The notes: generated by a model from the letters alone, not told the origin. DNA of 64,000 nucleotides from an uncultured Gemmatimonadales bacterium (GCA_963851265.1 CAWKNZ010000007.1:320001-384000), one strand, 5' to 3'. Positions 30,449-40,638 are shown, numbered from the stretch's first letter. Numbers and translations: made by a program.

Positions 30449-32081
30449 CCAGCATCCCCACGGCCAGCACCACCAGCGTGCCCACCACGTTGTGCCAGAG
30501 GAACGACACGCTCGGCGCGCCGAAGTTCACCGCGGCCACCGCGCCCATCCCGGCGAGGAGACCGGCGAACGCCCCCGCCGCGCGCGCGCGCGGCAGCATC
30601 GCCAGGAAGAACACGCCGAGGATCGAGCCGTAGAAGAACGAGCCGAATCGGTTCACGACTTCGATGAGCGAGCCGAGCGTGGCCGCGTAGACCGCCACGC
30701 CGCACGCGAACGCGCCCCAGAGCGCGGTCGCGACGCGCGACGCGTTCAGGTAATGCGCGTCGCTCGCGCCGGCGCGCACCCACCGGCGGTAGAGGTCGAT
30801 CACGCTGGCCGTGGCGAGCGAGTTCAGTTCCGCGGCGACGGCCGCCATCGCCGCCGCGATTACGCCGGCGACGAACAGCCCCGCGAGCCCCACCGGGAGC
30901 TCGCGCGTGACGAAGTGCGGGATGATGTAGTTGACGTCCTTCGCGGGCGAGCCACCGGCCGCGCGCCCCGCGAGGGATAGCGCCTCGTTGCGGACCTGGC
31001 TCACGGCCGAATCGCGCGCCCGGAAGGTCGCGACCGCCGCAGCCGCGCGCGGCTCGCGGGCCAATGCCGCCGCCGCGTCGCGCCGCGCCTGCCACGCCGC
31101 GCCGTAGCGGGTCTCGAGCGCCGCGTAGGACGCGGGCGCGGCGGCGCGCGCCTGCTGCGCGTGGGCCGGGTTGTAGTAGAGCGGGGGGCGCTGAAACTGG
31201 TAGAACACGAACACGAGCACGCCGATCATCAGCACCGCGGCCTGCAGCGGGATCTTCCAGTACGCGCTCACGAGCAGCGACCGGCGCGCCTCGTCCACCG
31301 AACGCGCGGCGAGGTAGCGCTGCACCTGGCTCTGGTCGGTGCCGAAGTACGACAGCATCAAGAAGGTGCCGCCTAACACTCCGGACCAGAACGTGTAGGT
31401 GTTGGTCAGCGAGAACGAGAAGTCGAACGCGCGGAGCCGCCCCGCGGCCCCGGCCACGTGGAGCGCCGCCGCCGGTGACACCGGGATGCGGTGGAGCAGC
31501 ACGAGCACCACGCCCGCGACGGCGACGGTGATGAGCCCCATCTGCTTGACATCGGCCCACGCGACGGCCTGGACCCCGCCAGCCACGGTGTACAGCACGG
31601 CCGGCACGCCCACGAGGGCCACGCACCACGGCAGCGGCCACCCGAAAACGGCGGAGAAGACCACGGCTGGCGCCGCGATGATGGTGCCGCACGACATCCC
31701 CCGCGAGAGGAGGAAGAGCGTCGCCGTCAGCGTCCGCGTCCGCGCGTCGAACCGCCGCTCCAGATACTCGTAGGCAGTGTAGACGCCGGCCCGTCGAAGG
31801 AACGGGACGAGGGTCACGCCGAGCACCACCATCGCCACGGGCAGGCCGAAGTAGAACTGCACGAACCGGAGGCCGTCGACCGCGCCCTGCCCGGTGGTGC
31901 CGATCATGGTCACCGCCGAGAGCTGCGTGGCCATGACCGACAGGCCTACCGCCCACCACGGGAGGCTGCGTCCGGCGAGCAGGTAAGCTTCGAGATCGCG
32001 CGCACCGCCCGTGCGCCGCAGCCCGTCGACGGCCACGTACGCGAGGTACGCGACGACGACGGCCCAGTTGATCCAGTGCAC
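30321..32081 (-). CDS. Sodium:solute symporter family protein
   Basis: YLLAGRSLPWWAVGLSVMAT, YEYLERRF, GTDQSQVQRYL; about 13 TM helices. Confidence 0.92.
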   Translation of the reverse strand: MHWINWAVVVAYLAYVAVDGLRRTGGARDLEAYLLAGRSLPWWAVGLSVMATQLSAVTMIGTTGQGAVDGLRFVQFYFGLPVAMVVLGVTLVPFLRRAGVYTAYEYLERRFDARTRTLTATLFLLSRGMSCGTIIAAPAVVFSAVFGWPLPWCVALVGVPAVLYTVAGGVQAVAWADVKQMGLITVAVAGVVLVLLHRIPVSPAAALHVAGAAGRLRAFDFSFSLTNTYTFWSGVLGGTFLMLSYFGTDQSQVQRYLAARSVDEARRSLLVSAYWKIPLQAAVLMIGVLVFVFYQFQRPPLYYNPAHAQQARAAAPASYAALETRYGAAWQARRDAAAALAREPRAAAAVATFRARDSAVSQVRNEALSLAGRAAGGSPAKDVNYIIPHFVTRELPVGLAGLFVAGVIAAAMAAVAAELNSLATASVIDLYRRWVRAGASDAHYLNASRVATALWGAFACGVAVYAATLGSLIEVVNRFGSFFYGSILGVFFLAMLPRARAAGAFAGLLAGMGAVAAVNFGAPSVSFLWHNVVGTLVVLAVGMLVSARSPGASPPHSPPARVPRAGLPSGAPRPAPPPAAGGRGRA

Positions 32082-32093
32082 GCGGCGCTCGGC

Positions 32094-32246
32094 CTACGGC
32101 GTGAACGCGCGCTGCACGAGCGCGAGCAGGGCGAGTGCCACGACCTGAACCGCCAGCACCCGCACGAGCGTCGCGCCGAAGCTGGGTGGAGCGGTGGCGG
32201 GCTCCGGATCGGCCTGAGGCTCGCGGGGGGAATCGGGGGGACGCAC
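32094..32246 (-). CDS. Small single-TM protein upstream of the symporter
   Basis: GTG start with TACTGT box 7 nt upstream; 50 aa with TM LVRVLAVQVVALALLALV; stop 12 bp before symporter start. Confidence 0.6.
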   Translation of the reverse strand: MRPPDSPREPQADPEPATAPPSFGATLVRVLAVQVVALALLALVQRAFTP

Positions 32247-32467
32247 GCGGCGAACAGTATCAGCCGCGCCCGGCGTATTCCTGGGGAGCGCGTCCGCGAC
32301 GCCCGGTCGGGTGGTCGGCACCGCCAGCGAAGGTCGGAGGTCGTGGCCGGCGCCCGGCCGCGCCGCTGCTCCCCGAACCATTTGTCGCCGCCGGCCCTTC
32401 ATCTCGGGAGCGAATCGCCGTAGCACGATCCTCGCGCTTGGTTTCGTCGACTCCCCCCAGCCCATCC

Positions 32468-33922
32468 ATGCCCGAGACCGCCAGCGGCGCCCCCAACACT
32501 GATAGCCGCGACGCCGCGCACGACGCCGCTCGCCAGGCGGACGTGATCGCGGGGCAACTCCGCGATACGAAGCCGCGCGCTCGCCCGCGGGTAGTCGTGA
32601 TCGGCGGCGGCTTTGCCGGCTACCACGCGGCGCGCAACCTCGGTAAGGCCGACGTCGACGTCACGGTCGTCGACCGGACCAACCACTTTCTGTTCCAGCC
32701 GCTGCTGTATCAGGTGGCGACGGCCGTGCTCGCGCCCACCGACATCACGGTCCCGATCCGGTACCTCCTGCGCAAGTACCGGAACATCGAGGTGATCATG
32801 GCCGAGGTGCGGGAGATCGACGTGAACGCCCGCACGATCTACTTGGACGACGAGCGCACGCCGTTGGAGTACGACTATTTGGTGGTCGCGGCTGGCGCGC
32901 GCCACTCGTACTTCGGGCACGACGAGTGGGAAAAGGACGCCCCGGGTCTCAAGACGATCGCCGACGCGTACGAGATCCGGCGCCGGTTCCTCACGGCGTT
33001 CGAGGAGGCGGAGAAAGACGCGGATCCGCAGACCCGGGCCGAGTGGATGACGTTCGTCGTCATCGGCGGCGGGCCGACCGGCACCGAGCTCGCCGGCATC
33101 ATCCCCGCGACCGCGGAGACCTTCCGCAAGGACTTCCGCCGCATCGACACGCAGCAGACGCGCGTGCTGCTGCTCGAGGGGTCGCCGCGCGTGCTCGCCG
33201 CTTACCCGGAAAAGCTCTCCGCGGAGGCGAAACGGAGCCTCGAGGAGTTGGGCGTCGAGGTGCGAACGGGCGCGCACGTGACACGAGTCACCGACGAGGC
33301 GGTCTACGTGGGCGACGAGCGGATCCCGACGCGTACGGTCTTTTGGGGCGCGGGTAACGCGGCGACGCCCCTGGGCAAGCAACTCGGGGTGGCCGTCGAC
33401 CGAGCCGGACGCGTGCCCGTGGAGCCCGACCTCTCCGTCGCGGGGCACCCCGAGGTGTTCGTCGTCGGCGACGCGGCCGCGTACACCGACCGGGGCAACC
33501 CGGTGCCGGGCGTCGCGCAGGGTGCCATCCAGATGGGGCGCCACGCCGCACGCAACCTACGCGCGTCCGTCGAGGGCAAGCCGCGCACGCCCTTTCACTA
33601 CTGGAACAAGGGCAACCTCGCGACGATCGGCCGCCACAAGGGTGTGGCCGACCTAGGCAAGCACCTGCGCTTCGATGGCTACATCGCCTGGCTCCTCTGG
33701 GTGTTCATTCACATCCTCTACCTCGCCGGGTTCCGCAACCGGCTGAGCGTGCTGATCCAGTGGGGCTACTCGTACCTCACGTACCACCGCGGCGCCCGGC
33801 TCATCTCGGGGCGCATCATGCAGCGCGGCAGCACCGGCGTGCCGAGCGAGCCTCCGGCGAAGGAGGCGACGATGCCGGGGTGGAGCAACGCGCCGCAACC
33901 CGCGGGCTCGGCGGCGGGGTAG
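32468..33922 (+). CDS. ndh: Type II NADH dehydrogenase family FAD-dependent oxidoreductase
   Basis: GGGFAG, FQPLLYQVAT, GGGPTGTELAG, GDAA, PGVAQGAIQMG. Confidence 0.9.
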   Translation: MPETASGAPNTDSRDAAHDAARQADVIAGQLRDTKPRARPRVVVIGGGFAGYHAARNLGKADVDVTVVDRTNHFLFQPLLYQVATAVLAPTDITVPIRYLLRKYRNIEVIMAEVREIDVNARTIYLDDERTPLEYDYLVVAAGARHSYFGHDEWEKDAPGLKTIADAYEIRRRFLTAFEEAEKDADPQTRAEWMTFVVIGGGPTGTELAGIIPATAETFRKDFRRIDTQQTRVLLLEGSPRVLAAYPEKLSAEAKRSLEELGVEVRTGAHVTRVTDEAVYVGDERIPTRTVFWGAGNAATPLGKQLGVAVDRAGRVPVEPDLSVAGHPEVFVVGDAAAYTDRGNPVPGVAQGAIQMGRHAARNLRASVEGKPRTPFHYWNKGNLATIGRHKGVADLGKHLRFDGYIAWLLWVFIHILYLAGFRNRLSVLIQWGYSYLTYHRGARLISGRIMQRGSTGVPSEPPAKEATMPGWSNAPQPAGSAAG

Positions 33923-33940
33923 GCGTTCCGCGCACGCTCG

Positions 33941-34327
33941 ATGTCGGTCCGCGGTTCCGCACTCCGCTGGCTCGCCGGCGCGCACGGCGTGCGCGACGCC
34001 GACATCTTCACCTCGCGCCTCTACCCGCCCGAGCAGTCGTGGACGGGGCGCGCGGCGTGGTGGGTGCAGGTGCCCGTGCACCGCCTGCATGCGTTAGGCG
34101 AGGGCGCGGTGCACCTCGTGTGCGAGGCGAGGCCGGGCGGGCGCGACTTCCACTACCTCCGCGTACCGGGCGCGTACCTGCGCGACCACCTCGCCGACCT
34201 CGACGCCGTGGACGACGGGCGCACGATCAGCCTCTTCCTGTCGGCCGAACCCGACGCGCGATTCCGCGACGAGCGCGGGCCCGGGCGGCTGGAGTTCGCG
34301 CGGTTCGCAGTAGCCCCCGCGACGTAG
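33941..34327 (+). CDS. Hypothetical protein
   Basis: 128-aa ORF with globular composition, 18 bp after ndh stop. Confidence 0.6.
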   Translation: MSVRGSALRWLAGAHGVRDADIFTSRLYPPEQSWTGRAAWWVQVPVHRLHALGEGAVHLVCEARPGGRDFHYLRVPGAYLRDHLADLDAVDDGRTISLFLSAEPDARFRDERGPGRLEFARFAVAPAT

Positions 34328-34358
34328 CCGGGCGTCGCCGGTCGGGCCGCCCACGGCG

Positions 34359-35834
34359 TCACCAGAACGACCGCCCGTCGAGCCCGTCGGGCACCGCCAC
34401 CCCGAGCGCGGCGAGCACGCTCGGCATCACGTCCGCCGTCCGCCGCGGCGCGCGCGCGAACGGCCGGCCGGCGAGCAGTGGGACCAGCATGTGCTCGCGG
34501 TGGAGAGCGCCGTGCGACGACACGTGCGGGATTGGCTCGAATCGCGCGCGGAGGTCCCAGTCCCGCGCGGCCGAGACGATCACGTCGCCCGCGCGCGCGC
34601 TGCCGGCGAGGCTCGCGATCTGGACGAGCGCGTCGGGGTAGTCGGAGCGCTCGCAAACGTCGCACGCGGCGTCCGCGTCGAGGTCGCGGAGCGGCTCGCC
34701 TAACGCGAGCGGGTCGCCGCCGGCGATCGGCTCGTACCCGTACCCGTACGCGCGCGACGACCGGTCGGCCGGCGCGCGGTCGCTCGGCGACGCGCGCGCG
34801 CGCCGTACGCGCACGACGACCGCGCGGCCGCGGTCCCGATGGCGCACCTCGCACCGGTCTGCGTCCAGCGGGAGCAGCACGAGATCGACCGACGGCCGGT
34901 CGAGCAGGTCGGCGACTGCCGGCTCCCAGCGGGCGGCCAGGGCCCCCCACCACGGCCGCGCACGCCGGCCGAGCTCCAGGTACAGGTGCGCCATCGCGTT
35001 CCCGCTCACCATCACGGCGGCCTCGCGCCGCGCCGCGACGGTCACCGGGTGCGCGACCGTCGGCACGCCGCGGGCGCGCAGCCATCCGGCGAGGTCGTCG
35101 TGCGCGCGGACCCGCGAGTGCCCGTGGTCGCTCACCACCAGCAGGCGCGTCTCGCTCCACCATCCGCCGTGCTCGGCGTCCGCGCGCAGCTCGGCCACGA
35201 CACCGTCCACGGTCCGCAGCCCCTCGTCGACGAGTGGCCCCGCGTGCCCCGCCGCGTGCGACGTCTTGTCGATGCCGGTGAGCGCGCAGAACACGACCCG
35301 CGACGGCCGCCCCTCGGCGAACCCCGCCCGCACGCGCGCCGCGACCGTGGCGCCCACGTCGCGGTCGATGCGCAGCCACCCCGCCACGTCGCCGCGGAAG
35401 TGCGTCGCGGCGGCCCGGAGCGCGAACCCGGGACCGCGCGCCACGCGGTCCCGCGGGTCGAGGCCCCGCCCGATCATGTTGAGCGCCGCCAGGCCGGGTG
35501 GCGCGAGTTCGAACAGCGTCGGCGCGTTCGCATCGAGATCGCCGTCGAGGTGACGCATTTCCGCCCCCACGTAGCTGCGCGCCGCATCGGGCCGCGTGCG
35601 CGCCGTGCGGGCCCGATCGAACCAGCGCAGCCCCGGCAGCCCGATCGGTCCCGGAAAGCGTCCCATGAGGAACGGCGCATACGCCGGGCCCGTCACCGAC
35701 GGAAACACGCTCGCGACGGTCGCGAGTCCGCCCTCGTCGCGGAGCCGTGCGAGCGCCGGCACCCGGCCGCCGTCGAGCGCGGCCGCGAACGTGTCGGGGC
35801 GAGCGCCGTCGGCGACGAGGATGATCACGGGCAC
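34359..35834 (-). CDS. Alkaline phosphatase superfamily / nucleotide pyrophosphatase-type protein
   Basis: VADGAR, FPSVT nucleophile, DKTSH, VSDHG, SSHG. Confidence 0.88.
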   Translation of the reverse strand: MPVIILVADGARPDTFAAALDGGRVPALARLRDEGGLATVASVFPSVTGPAYAPFLMGRFPGPIGLPGLRWFDRARTARTRPDAARSYVGAEMRHLDGDLDANAPTLFELAPPGLAALNMIGRGLDPRDRVARGPGFALRAAATHFRGDVAGWLRIDRDVGATVAARVRAGFAEGRPSRVVFCALTGIDKTSHAAGHAGPLVDEGLRTVDGVVAELRADAEHGGWWSETRLLVVSDHGHSRVRAHDDLAGWLRARGVPTVAHPVTVAARREAAVMVSGNAMAHLYLELGRRARPWWGALAARWEPAVADLLDRPSVDLVLLPLDADRCEVRHRDRGRAVVVRVRRARASPSDRAPADRSSRAYGYGYEPIAGGDPLALGEPLRDLDADAACDVCERSDYPDALVQIASLAGSARAGDVIVSAARDWDLRARFEPIPHVSSHGALHREHMLVPLLAGRPFARAPRRTADVMPSVLAALGVAVPDGLDGRSFW

Positions 35835-35898
35835 CCTGCGACGCTAGCGCACGCGGCGCGTCGCGTGCAACAGGCACGCGCGCCATCTTCCGCTCACC

Positions 35899-36924
35899 AT
35901 GCCAAACGAATCGTCTCCGCAACCCACGCCGCCCGGCGCCATGTCGGCCATCACCACCGCGACCGGCAAGCCCGCTGATCCGGCCGCGATGGCCGACGCC
36001 GAACGGCGTGCGCTGGAGGGCGTGAAGGAGCGCACCGAGGTCGGGCACCGGGCCGCCGGGCGAACGTCGCCGAGCGACCCGCCGCAGGACGGCACCGCCG
36101 CGACCCGTCGGGTCGGCGCTGCGCGGGTGCGGCAGGTGGACGAGTCGATCCGCGATTACCCCGGCCCGGGGCGGGCGACCGAGGACGAGAAGCTGCTCAA
36201 CCCGCCCGGTCAGCGGAGCGCGTCCGACTTCACGCGGACCGATCCCTGGCGCGTGATGCGCATCCAGAGCGAGTTCGTCGAGGGATTCGATACGCTCGCC
36301 AGCGTCGAGCAGGGTGTGACCGTGTTCGGCTCCGCGCGGACCGCGCCCGACGACCCGATGTACCAGGCCGCCGAGGAAGTCGGCCTGCTCCTCGCCGAGG
36401 CCGGGTTCGCGGTGATCACCGGTGCGGGGCCGGGCATCATGGAGGCGGCCAACAAGGGCTGCAAGAAGGGCGGCGGGCACTCCGTCGGCTGCAACATCGA
36501 ACTGCCGTTCGAGCAGGGCAACAACCCGTACGTCGATACGCTCGTCAACTTCCGGTACTTCTTCGTGCGGAAGACGATGTTCGTGAAGTACAGCGTCGCG
36601 TTCGTCATCTTTCCCGGCGGCTTCGGCACGCTCGACGAGCTGTTCGAAGCGCTGACGCTCATTCAGACGGGGAAGATCTACCAATTCCCCGTGATCCTGT
36701 TCGGGCGCCACTACTGGGCGGGGCTCATCCGCTGGATCCAGACGCGGCTGCTGGCCGAGGGCAAGATCTCGCCAGGCGATGTCGACCTGATGCTGTTGAC
36801 CGACGACCCACGAGAGGCGGTCGACGCGGTGGTGCGGGCGCACGCGGCGCAGCGGCTGCGCGCCGACGGCGTGAACGGCGCGGCGTCCGACGCCGACCTC
36901 CCGGCGCACGCGTCGCCGGTGTGA
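35899..36924 (+). CDS. LOG family (TIGR00730-type) nucleotide-binding protein with N-terminal extension
   Basis: VFGSAR, GAGPGIMEAAN, FRYFFVRK, PGGFGTLDE. Confidence 0.92.
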   Translation: MPNESSPQPTPPGAMSAITTATGKPADPAAMADAERRALEGVKERTEVGHRAAGRTSPSDPPQDGTAATRRVGAARVRQVDESIRDYPGPGRATEDEKLLNPPGQRSASDFTRTDPWRVMRIQSEFVEGFDTLASVEQGVTVFGSARTAPDDPMYQAAEEVGLLLAEAGFAVITGAGPGIMEAANKGCKKGGGHSVGCNIELPFEQGNNPYVDTLVNFRYFFVRKTMFVKYSVAFVIFPGGFGTLDELFEALTLIQTGKIYQFPVILFGRHYWAGLIRWIQTRLLAEGKISPGDVDLMLLTDDPREAVDAVVRAHAAQRLRADGVNGAASDADLPAHASPV

Positions 36925-37457
36925 GCGATCCGACGGTCGCGCCCGCTCCCGCCGCGCGCGCGGGCGGCGCGGGAACTCGCGACCTCGACGAGGTGCCGCC
37001 GGGTGCGCCGTTCGCGTTAGGCCGGTCGCCGATGCACGGAATCGGCGCGTTCGCCACCCGCGCGATCCCGGCCGGCACGCGACTCGTCGAGTACGCCGGC
37101 GAGCGCATCACCCCGGCCGAAGCCGACCGGCGCTACCCCGAAACGCCCGGTGTCGCGCACCACACCCAGCTGTTCGCGATCGACGGGCCCGACGGCGAGG
37201 AGGTGATCGTCGACGCCGCAGTCGACGGAAACGTCGCGCGGTTCATCAACCACTCGTGCGATCCGAACTGCGACGCCGTCGTCGACGGCGGCAGGATCTG
37301 GATCACGACCGTGCGCGACGTGGCCGCGGGCGAGGAGTTGGCGTACGACTACGCGTTCATCCTCGCCGAGCGCCACACGCCTGCGGCGAAACGGCGGTAC
37401 CCGTGTCGGTGTGGAGCCGCGCGGTGTCGCGGGACGATGTTGGCGAAGAAGCGCTGA
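36921..37457 (+). CDS. SET domain protein-lysine methyltransferase with post-SET Cys cluster
   Basis: HGIGAFA, EYAGE, RFINHSCDPN, GEELAYDY, CRCGAARCRG. Confidence 0.92.
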   Translation: MSDPTVAPAPAARAGGAGTRDLDEVPPGAPFALGRSPMHGIGAFATRAIPAGTRLVEYAGERITPAEADRRYPETPGVAHHTQLFAIDGPDGEEVIVDAAVDGNVARFINHSCDPNCDAVVDGGRIWITTVRDVAAGEELAYDYAFILAERHTPAAKRRYPCRCGAARCRGTMLAKKR

Positions 37458-37470
37458 CGCGCCCCCGCCG

Positions 37471-37941
37471 TCACACCTGCTCGTGGATCGTCTGCAACTC
37501 CACGACCTTCAACCGCCGGACGCTCGCCGGCAGCTTCAGAATCGCCGTCTCGCCGAGCGCCTTGCCCAGCAGCGCGCGCCCGATGGGCGACCCCATGCTC
37601 ACGTTCCCGCCCTCCATGTCGGCGGAGTCGCCGATGAGCAGGTTGTAGGTCTCGCGCGCGCCCGACCGCTCGTCTTCGACCACCACGCGTGAGCCGAGCC
37701 CCACCTTGTCGGGCGGGATCTGCGACATGTCGACCGAGGACAGCTTGCTCAGCCGCTGCCGCAGCTGCCCGAGTCGCGCCTGCACGAACTGCTGACGCTC
37801 GAGCGCGGCCTTGTACTCGCTGTTCTCGCGCAGATCGCCGTGCTCGACGGCCGTGCGAATCTCGATCGGGAGCGTGACGTTCAGCTCGTACTGCAGCTTC
37901 TCGACCTCGGCCGAGAGCTTCTCTTTCAGTTCCTGGATCAT
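37471..37941 (-). CDS. greA: Transcription elongation factor GreA/GreB family
   Basis: HGDLRENSEYKAA, SPIGRALLGK. Confidence 0.88.
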   Translation of the reverse strand: MIQELKEKLSAEVEKLQYELNVTLPIEIRTAVEHGDLRENSEYKAALERQQFVQARLGQLRQRLSKLSSVDMSQIPPDKVGLGSRVVVEDERSGARETYNLLIGDSADMEGGNVSMGSPIGRALLGKALGETAILKLPASVRRLKVVELQTIHEQV

Positions 37942-38072
37942 GGCCGGGTCGCGAGCGGAGCGTGGCGCAGATGGGTACGTGAAAAGGGAGCGCCCGGCCG
38001 GTGGGCCGGGCGCTCGCGCGCGTCGGGGTTCGGACGCTGTTCGGAACATACTGCTGGGTAGACTTCCCGGCC

Positions 38073-38906
38073 ATGCTGCTGTCCACCCACGACCACGGCG
38101 ACGTGACCCGCGTCGTGCTCGCCTCGCCGAGCAGTCGCCTCGTCGGGTACAGCGTGAGCGTGTACGTCGTCGAGACGGCGGCCGGCCCGATGCTCGTCGA
38201 CACGGGGCTGCCGCTCGCGTGGCGGAGCTTGCGGCGCTTCCTCACCGAGCGCGGCGGGGGTGACCTGCGGCGCGCCGTCCGCGGCGCGGTCGTCACGCAC
38301 CGGCACGAGGACCACGCGGGCAACGTCGCGCGACTCGCGCGCGCAGGCGTCCCGCTCGCCATGGCGCCCGCGACGCGCGCCGCGGTCGCCGTCACCGAAC
38401 CGATCGGCGCGTACCGGCGCCTCGTCTGGGGCGCGCGGCAGCCGCTGTCCCGCGACGCACCCGCGGTCGACCCCGCGCCGCTCGTGCTGATGCCGACGCC
38501 CGGACACACCGCCGACCACCACGTGGTGTGGGATCCGGAGCGCGAGACGCTTTACGGCGGCGACCTGTTTCTCGGCGTGAAGGTGCGGGTGGCGCACCCG
38601 ACCGAGAACCCGCGTGCGCTGGCCCGGTCGCTGCGCGCCGCGGCAGCGCTCCGCCCGCGGCGGCTGTTCGACGCCCACCGCGGGTCGGTCGACGACCCCG
38701 TCTCGTCACTCGAGGCCAAGGCCGCGTGGCTCGACGACACGGTGGGCCGCGTGGAGCGCCTGCTCGACGCGGGCTGGCCCGCGCGGCGCGTACGGGACGA
38801 GGTGCTCGGCGGCGAGAGCGCCGTCGGCGTGCTCAGCGCCGGCGAGTACTCGCGTATCGGGTTCGTCCGGGCCGTGCGCGCGACGCGAGAAACGGCCGTG
38901 CGTTAG
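38073..38906 (+). CDS. Metallo-beta-lactamase fold hydrolase
   Basis: VDTG, THRHEDHAG, TPGHT, GGDLF, DAH. Confidence 0.9.
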   Translation: MLLSTHDHGDVTRVVLASPSSRLVGYSVSVYVVETAAGPMLVDTGLPLAWRSLRRFLTERGGGDLRRAVRGAVVTHRHEDHAGNVARLARAGVPLAMAPATRAAVAVTEPIGAYRRLVWGARQPLSRDAPAVDPAPLVLMPTPGHTADHHVVWDPERETLYGGDLFLGVKVRVAHPTENPRALARSLRAAAALRPRRLFDAHRGSVDDPVSSLEAKAAWLDDTVGRVERLLDAGWPARRVRDEVLGGESAVGVLSAGEYSRIGFVRAVRATRETAVR

Positions 38907-38954
38907 TCACCTGGCCGGAGGACGTTAGGCGACCGCGGCGCGTGTGGCCGGCGC

Positions 38955-40520
38955 TCACGCGTCGACCCCGAACACGCGCGCGGCTTCCGCGTCGTAGGCG
39001 GCGAGCGCCGCGTCCACGGCGACCGCGTCCCACCCCAGTACAGGCGCGACCAGTGGCGCCACGACGCGCGCCGCGGCGCGCCCGGCGTCCCGCGTCGCGT
39101 ACGCCACGGGCGCGCGGCGCACCAGCAGGTCGGCGAGCGTCGCGGCCTGCTCGGCCTCCGCCGCGTACACGAACTCCGCGCCCGTGTACGGCAGGCCCGG
39201 CGCGACCGCGGCGGCCAGCAGGGGGGCGGCCGCGGCGAGCGCCGAGACGCGCGCGCGCGCCGCGTCGTGCCCCGGATCGAGCGGGAGTACATCGGTCCGA
39301 GCCCGCGGCCGCCTGGTCCCGAGAAACGCGCACACCGCGTCGACGACCTCGGCGGCCATGCTGCGGTACGTCGTGAGTTTCCCGCCGGTCACGGTCACGA
39401 TCCCGCGCGAGTCGACGTCGATCGCGTGCTCGCGCGATGCCGCGCCGGTGCCGGCGCGCCCGCGCGACGTGGCCGCGGCGAGCGGACGCACTCCCGCCCA
39501 CGCGCTGACCACGTCCGCGCGCTCGAGGTGCGCGTCGGGAAAGTGATGGTTGGCGACCGCGAGCAGGTAAGCCACGTCCGCCTCGGTTGCGCGCACGTCG
39601 TCGGGGCCGCGCTCGACCGACGTCTCGGTGGTGCCGAGTATCGTGTGCGGGCCGGCCGGGAGGACGAACGTGACGCGCCCGTCGAGCGGCGCAATCAGAG
39701 TGAGCGCGGCGCGGTTGGCCACACGCGCCGCGGGCACCGCCACGTGCACACCCTTCGCGCCGAGCACGGCGGGACGCGCGTGCGCGTCGTGCAGTCGGCG
39801 CACCGCGTCGCTCCACGGACCCGTCGCGTTGACCACGGCCCGCGCGCGAAGCTCGACCGCGACGCCGTCGATGGCGTCGCGCACGCAGAGCCGAACGCGC
39901 GCAGGATCTGGCGCGCCGAATCGGAGCGCCGTCACCGAAGCGTGGTTGAGCGTCGCCGCGCCCGCGTGCTGCGCGGCGAGTACCGTGGCGAGCGTGAGCC
40001 GGCTGTCGTCGGTCGCGGCGTCGTAGTAGCGCGCCCCGCCGGTGAGCCCCGCGGTGGCGAGACTCGGCTCGGCGGCCGCCACGTCGTCGGCGGACAACGA
40101 CGCGTGAGGCGCCACGTTGCGCCAGAGCGCGAGCGCGTCGTAGAGCGTGAGCCCGGCTTCGAGCTTCCAGCGCGGCACGCGCGCGCCGCGGTACACCGGC
40201 CAGGTGAAGGCGAGCGGGCGGACGAGGTGCGGGGCGGTGCGAAGCAGGACGCGTCGTTCGCGACTCGCCTCGAAAACGAGCCCCAGGTGCCCGTGCTCCA
40301 GATACCGCACGCCGCCGTGGATCAGCCGCGACGACCGGCTCGAGGTGCCGCTTGCCCAGTCGTCGCGTTCGACGAGGGCGACGCGCAGTCCCCGCAGCGC
40401 CGCGTCGCGCGCGACGCCCGCGCCGGTGATCCCGCCGCCGACGACTGCGACGTCGAACGTGCCGTCGGCGAGCGACGCGCGGGCGGCAGCGCGGGCGGCG
40501 AGGGCCGGCGGTGAACGCAT
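38955..40520 (-). CDS. glpD: FAD-dependent glycerol-3-phosphate dehydrogenase/oxidase
   Basis: GGGITGAG, GTSSRSSRLIHGGVRYL, NATGPW, GGKLTTYR. Confidence 0.92.
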   Translation of the reverse strand: MRSPPALAARAAARASLADGTFDVAVVGGGITGAGVARDAALRGLRVALVERDDWASGTSSRSSRLIHGGVRYLEHGHLGLVFEASRERRVLLRTAPHLVRPLAFTWPVYRGARVPRWKLEAGLTLYDALALWRNVAPHASLSADDVAAAEPSLATAGLTGGARYYDAATDDSRLTLATVLAAQHAGAATLNHASVTALRFGAPDPARVRLCVRDAIDGVAVELRARAVVNATGPWSDAVRRLHDAHARPAVLGAKGVHVAVPAARVANRAALTLIAPLDGRVTFVLPAGPHTILGTTETSVERGPDDVRATEADVAYLLAVANHHFPDAHLERADVVSAWAGVRPLAAATSRGRAGTGAASREHAIDVDSRGIVTVTGGKLTTYRSMAAEVVDAVCAFLGTRRPRARTDVLPLDPGHDAARARVSALAAAAPLLAAAVAPGLPYTGAEFVYAAEAEQAATLADLLVRRAPVAYATRDAGRAAARVVAPLVAPVLGWDAVAVDAALAAYDAEAARVFGVDA

Positions 40521-40601
40521 GCGACCAAGATACCCCGCCGCGCGTCACCCCGGCGGACGTCGGCGCGACGGCGCAGACGTTAGGCGCCCCGGGACGTGCC
40601 G

Positions 40602-40638
40602 GCCGCCGCACGCCGCCGCACGCCGCCGCACGCCGCCG
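40602..40638 (+). repeat. Short tandem repeat (GCCGCCGCAC)x~3.7
   Basis: Seen directly in the glpD-nuclease intergenic region. Confidence 0.6.

Noticed and set aside
40602..40638. Tandem repeat as CRISPR or phase-variation tract
   Set aside because: 10-bp unit, no spacers, no cas genes, under four copies
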